From contig JBHIAV010000003.1 in NCBI GenBank assembly GCA_046758745.1, positions 19,247-83,246 of the forward strand: 64,000 bases of DNA, given 5' to 3'. The notes beneath the pieces were generated by a model that was not told the DNA's origin, searched no databases, and saw nothing but the letters and a program-made list of their open reading frames with translations. Below, one piece after another: positions 60,382 to 64,000 of this stretch (the stretch's first letter is position 1; every line of letters begins with the position of its first letter). Source of the DNA: Gemmatimonadota bacterium. Its GTDB lineage: Bacteria; Gemmatimonadota; Gemmatimonadetes; Palauibacterales; Palauibacteraceae. The position numbers and the translations under genes were made by a program.

Positions 60382-61200
60382 TCAGGGCAGCCAGCGTCTG
60401 AGGAGCTCGAGCAGGTCGCCCGGATTCTCGAGGTTCACCCAGTGCCCCCCCGGCACACGATGGAGATGCAGCGTCCGGGTCCGCTTCGAGCCATCCTCGA
60501 TGCGGGCGCAGGCCTCTTCCGTCAGCACGTCGGACGCTTCGGCCTTCACCACATGGATGGAGACCTCGCCCGGCGGATCGAGGACGATGGACCACACATC
60601 GCTTCGGAAGAAGTCCGCGAGGAGCTCGGCCATCGCCTCCACTTCGAAGCGCCAGGCGTAGGCGGAGTCCCGTGGCTCCAGGTTGGTGGCCATCCACTCC
60701 GCCACTGACCGGCCGAAGCCGCGTCCTTCGAGCGCCCGGACGGCTTCGCGACGGGTCTCGAATGTCGGGGGCAGCTCGCGAAGCGCGGCGAGCATCTCGG
60801 CGGCGCTCCCGCGCGGCGGACCCGCGTCGGGCGTCGAGTCCACCACCCAGATCTGGCGAGGTCGTGGCGGTCCAGCAGCCAGCGCGGCGAGCGCGACCTT
60901 ACCGCCGAAAGAATGCCCGAGGAGAGCGATCTCCCCGGCACCAAGTCGCGCCGCTAGCCGCCTCACGTCGGCAGCACAGGCGGCGAGCGTGTGGGGCGGC
61001 GCGAAGCCCCGTGAGTCCCCGTGCAGGCGCAGGTCCACCAGCACCGCGCCCCAGTCGGGACGAGCCTCCACCAGCCTGCGCGCGAACGAGGCCCAATTGC
61101 GGCCGGCCCCGAAGATCCCGTGCAGGAAGAGGAGCCATCGCCCCGGCTCCGCCCCGGCCGAGACCCGAGCGTGGCTCAACAGGGGAGGCACGGATCCCAT
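60382..61200 (-). CDS. Alpha/beta hydrolase (YbfF-like esterase)
   Basis: LHGIFG, DLRLHGDS, GHSFGG, GHWVNLENP. Confidence 0.9.
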   Translation of the reverse strand: MGSVPPLLSHARVSAGAEPGRWLLFLHGIFGAGRNWASFARRLVEARPDWGAVLVDLRLHGDSRGFAPPHTLAACAADVRRLAARLGAGEIALLGHSFGGKVALAALAAGPPRPRQIWVVDSTPDAGPPRGSAAEMLAALRELPPTFETRREAVRALEGRGFGRSVAEWMATNLEPRDSAYAWRFEVEAMAELLADFFRSDVWSIVLDPPGEVSIHVVKAEASDVLTEEACARIEDGSKRTRTLHLHRVPGGHWVNLENPGDLLELLRRWLP

Positions 61201-61269
61201 CGCCTCGCGGAGGGCACGCGCCCGGCGGGACGCCACGAACGGACCGCTGCGCGCCCGACCTCTCCCTCG

Positions 61270-62244
61270 CTACGCCTGGGCCCGCACCCGGAACGGTCCC
61301 ATGATGTTCTCGATGCGAAGCAGGGCGTCGTGATCGAGATCGATCTCGGCCGCCGCGACGTTCTCCTCCACCTGCTTCACGCTCGTCGCACCCACGATGG
61401 CGGAGGCAATGCCCGGTTGCCGGAGCGTCCACGCCAGGGCGAGCTGAGCCGTGGAGAGCCCGAGAGGCCCCGCCACCTCCCGACCGAGCTTCTGTACCGC
61501 CTCGAGCACGTCCTCGGCCAGCGACTCGGTCATGAAGGCACTGGCCGCGTCGTCGGCCCCTCGGCTGCCGGTGGGAGGCGGCCTGCCGGGGAGGTATTTG
61601 CCCGTGAGGGCGCCGCCGGCCAGGGGGCTCCACACCACCTGACCAACGCCCTCGGCGAGGGAGCGAGGGACCACCTCCTCTTCTATGCCGCGAGCGATGA
61701 GGGAGTACTGCGGCTGGTTGCTGACGAGCCGGCGAAGGCCGAGGCGCTCCTGGATGCGGAGTGCGTCCGTGATCTGGGCTGCGCTCCACTGGCTGACCCC
61801 GGCGTACAGGATCTTCCCCTGGGTGATCAGATCGTCCAGCGCTCGCAGCGTCTCCTCCAGCGGCACGGTCTCGTCGTAGCGGTGGCACTGGTACAGGTCC
61901 ACGTACTCTAGATCGAGTCGACGGAGGGACGCGTGACACTGCTCCATGATGTGCTTTCGCGAGAGGCCTCGGTCGTTCGCTCCCTCGCCCACCGGGAAGA
62001 AGACCTTTGTCGCGACGACCACGTCCGACCGCGGGATGCGGCGCAGCCAGCGGCCGAGGGTGTTCTCCGCCTCACCCCGCGCGTACACGTTCGCGGTGTC
62101 GAAGAAGTTGACGCCGAGCTCGTAGGCCCTCGTCAGGCAAGCCTCCGCCGTGCCGTCGGGGACGCTCCGCCCGTAGGTGAGCCACGAGCCAAGGCCGATG
62201 ACGCTCACCCGTAGCCCCGAGCTGCCAAGTGCGCGGTATCTCAT
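61270..62244 (-). CDS. Aldo/keto reductase
   Basis: GLGSW, FDTANVY, DLYQCHR, WSPLAGG, IVGAT. Confidence 0.95.
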   Translation of the reverse strand: MRYRALGSSGLRVSVIGLGSWLTYGRSVPDGTAEACLTRAYELGVNFFDTANVYARGEAENTLGRWLRRIPRSDVVVATKVFFPVGEGANDRGLSRKHIMEQCHASLRRLDLEYVDLYQCHRYDETVPLEETLRALDDLITQGKILYAGVSQWSAAQITDALRIQERLGLRRLVSNQPQYSLIARGIEEEVVPRSLAEGVGQVVWSPLAGGALTGKYLPGRPPPTGSRGADDAASAFMTESLAEDVLEAVQKLGREVAGPLGLSTAQLALAWTLRQPGIASAIVGATSVKQVEENVAAAEIDLDHDALLRIENIMGPFRVRAQA

Positions 62245-62387
62245 CTACGCCTCTTCCGCCTCCGGCTCCTCATGTTCGACCCTCCCGCGGTCCGATCGTC
62301 GACCTCAACGGTCGGCTTCGTGTGGCTTGCCCGCCGACCGACCCCGGGGTCAGCTTCTCTTGGATGGGAACCAGGAGCTCGTCCACG

Positions 62388-63608
62388 ATGCCACCGACCG
62401 AGGTCTTGGACAACACAGCCCGGGGTGGGCCGGAATGGGCGCGGTCTCCTTTCCGACCGCCGTGGTGGCTCTCCGGGCCGCATCTCCAGACCTTGGCCGG
62501 TCGGCGGCTCCGGCCACGCTCCGGAGTCCACTACCGCCGCGAGCGCATCGAAACGCCGGACGGCGATTTTCTCGATCTCGATTTCGCGTCGGGGGGAGAC
62601 GGGAGGAGCGGGGGCGGGCCTTCGCCCTTCGTCCTGCTCCTTCACGGCCTCGAGGGCAGCTCATCCTCGGGGTACATGCTGGAGAGCTGCCGGCTCCTCG
62701 CCGGGCGGGGGCTTCGTCCGATCGCGCTCAACTTCCGCTCGCGGAGCGGAGAACCGAATCTCACCCGCCGATTCTATCATTCGGGAGAGACGGGGGACCT
62801 CGACCACGCGATCGGCGTTCTGGCTAATCGCCTGCCGGACGCCGAGTTCGGCATCCTCGGCTACTCGCTGGGGGGCAACGTCCTGCTCAAGTACCTCGGT
62901 GAGCGCGGCGAGGAGACGCACCCGCGACTGCGGGCAGCGTGCGCCGTATCTGTGCCGTTCGATCTGGCGGCGAGCGCGCGCCATCTCCAGCGGGGCCTCG
63001 GCCGCCTGTACAGCCGGTTGTTCCTCCGATCGCTGCGCCGGAATATCCGGGCGAAAGCCGCTCTCTTCCCGGGCGCCTACGATCTGCAGGCGGCCGCGCG
63101 GGCCCGTACCCTCTGGGAGTTCGATGACGCCGTCACCGCCCCGGTGCACGGCTTCGTGGATGCAGCGGACTACTATTCCCGCTCGAGCTCGGCCGCGTAC
63201 CTGACCAGGATCCGGGTGCCCACACTTCTCCTTCAGGCGGCCGACGACCCGTTCGTCCCCCGCGACTCGCTCCCCGTGGCCTCGATGCGGGCAAACCCGT
63301 GGCTCTCCGCCGCTCTCACCCGGCGCGGAGGTCACCTCGGATTCGTGACTCGCGATCGAGCTGGGCGATGGGTCTTTTGGGCGGAGCGCGAGGCGGCCCG
63401 GTTTCTGGCAAGCCATCTGACGCCCTCCGCCCGATGCTTCGGCGTGGGCAAGAGCCGGGGAGACGGGACGGCGCCGCCGGCGGGGGAGAGGAGGCCCCGC
63501 CCGTCATCGCCGGAACGGTCCGGCACCCACCACGTCCCGCCACCCACGGGATCTCGAAGGTACCAAGCGGAACTAAGCACGGGGTCGCGGGCGGACCGCA
63601 CGCCGTGA
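62388..63608 (+). CDS. YheT-like alpha/beta hydrolase
   Basis: HLQTL, TPDGDF, LHGLEGSS, GYSLGG, DDPF, GGHLGF; start uncertain; low-complexity tail. Confidence 0.9.
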   Translation: MPPTEVLDNTARGGPEWARSPFRPPWWLSGPHLQTLAGRRLRPRSGVHYRRERIETPDGDFLDLDFASGGDGRSGGGPSPFVLLLHGLEGSSSSGYMLESCRLLAGRGLRPIALNFRSRSGEPNLTRRFYHSGETGDLDHAIGVLANRLPDAEFGILGYSLGGNVLLKYLGERGEETHPRLRAACAVSVPFDLAASARHLQRGLGRLYSRLFLRSLRRNIRAKAALFPGAYDLQAAARARTLWEFDDAVTAPVHGFVDAADYYSRSSSAAYLTRIRVPTLLLQAADDPFVPRDSLPVASMRANPWLSAALTRRGGHLGFVTRDRAGRWVFWAEREAARFLASHLTPSARCFGVGKSRGDGTAPPAGERRPRPSSPERSGTHHVPPPTGSRRYQAELSTGSRADRTP

Positions 63609-64000
63609 GCGCCTCCATCCTCCAGCCGGTGCTCTGGCTCGCCGTCCTCGCGGCGGTGGCGGCGTGCCCGCGGGCCGCCACCCAGGAGACCCGGGAGCCG
63701 GCGCGGATGAGCGGCGTGCGCCTCGTCGAGGTGGCGAGCGGCCTGGCGAGCCCGGTACATCTCGCATCACCCCCGGGAGATGCGCGTCTCTTCGTGGTCG
63801 AACAGGACGGACGGATCCGAATCGTCCGCGACGGCGTCGTTCTCCCGCGGCCCTTCCTCGATCTGAGCGACCGCGTGCGGAGCGGGGGTGAGCGCGGGCT
63901 CCTCAGCATCGCCTTCCACCCCTCCTTCGCGACCAACGGATCGTTCTTCGTGAACTACACGGACGCGGCCGGTGACACGCGGATCGAGCGCTATCGGGTG
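63605..64000 (+). CDS. PQQ-dependent sugar dehydrogenase (GSDH family), runs off the right edge
   Basis: Hand translation gives LFVVEQDGRI, GERGLLSIAFHP, FFVNYT; lipoprotein-like N-terminus. Confidence 0.9.
   Translation, partial: MSASILQPVLWLAVLAAVAACPRAATQETREPARMSGVRLVEVASGLASPVHLASPPGDARLFVVEQDGRIRIVRDGVVLPRPFLDLSDRVRSGGERGLLSIAFHPSFATNGSFFVNYTDAAGDTRIERYRV

Noticed and set aside
63420-63608. About 60-aa extension of the YheT-like hydrolase as a fused domain
   Set aside because: Low-complexity Pro/Arg/Gly sequence; more consistent with loss of a stop codon than with a domain.

Overview
A 64-kb, very GC-rich (about 70% by eye), gene-dense bacterial chromosomal segment. Gene content and style suggest Gemmatimonadota; this is inference only, as no marker gene is present. 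Most of it is ordinary metabolism and envelope biology: multicopper oxidase (cut by the left edge), SorAB-like sulfite oxidase plus cytochrome c, gltA, pepF, sdhCAB, two TenA paralogs, HtrA, ndh, csp-rpsU, sdpRI, ferritin, msrB, an M16 protease, several hydrolases, and a PQQ sugar dehydrogenase (cut by the right edge). I found no tRNA, rRNA, CRISPR array, integrase or transposase. Three things stand out. (1) 45787-50381: a four-gene operon resembling a non-canonical chaperone-usher pilus system, with two paralogous pilin-like subunits, a PapD-like chaperone, and a 906-aa predicted beta-barrel with Ig and SdrD-B-like domains instead of a recognisable PapC usher. (2) 55195-57776: a coupled pair of a 4-TM coiled-coil protein and a VWA/MIDAS lipoprotein of unknown function. 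(3) 17541-17624: the 3' part of a TPP riboswitch whose 5' strands are missing, with a sigma70-like promoter in their place, upstream of tenA_E-tenA_C. All annotations come from reading motifs by eye; no searches were run.
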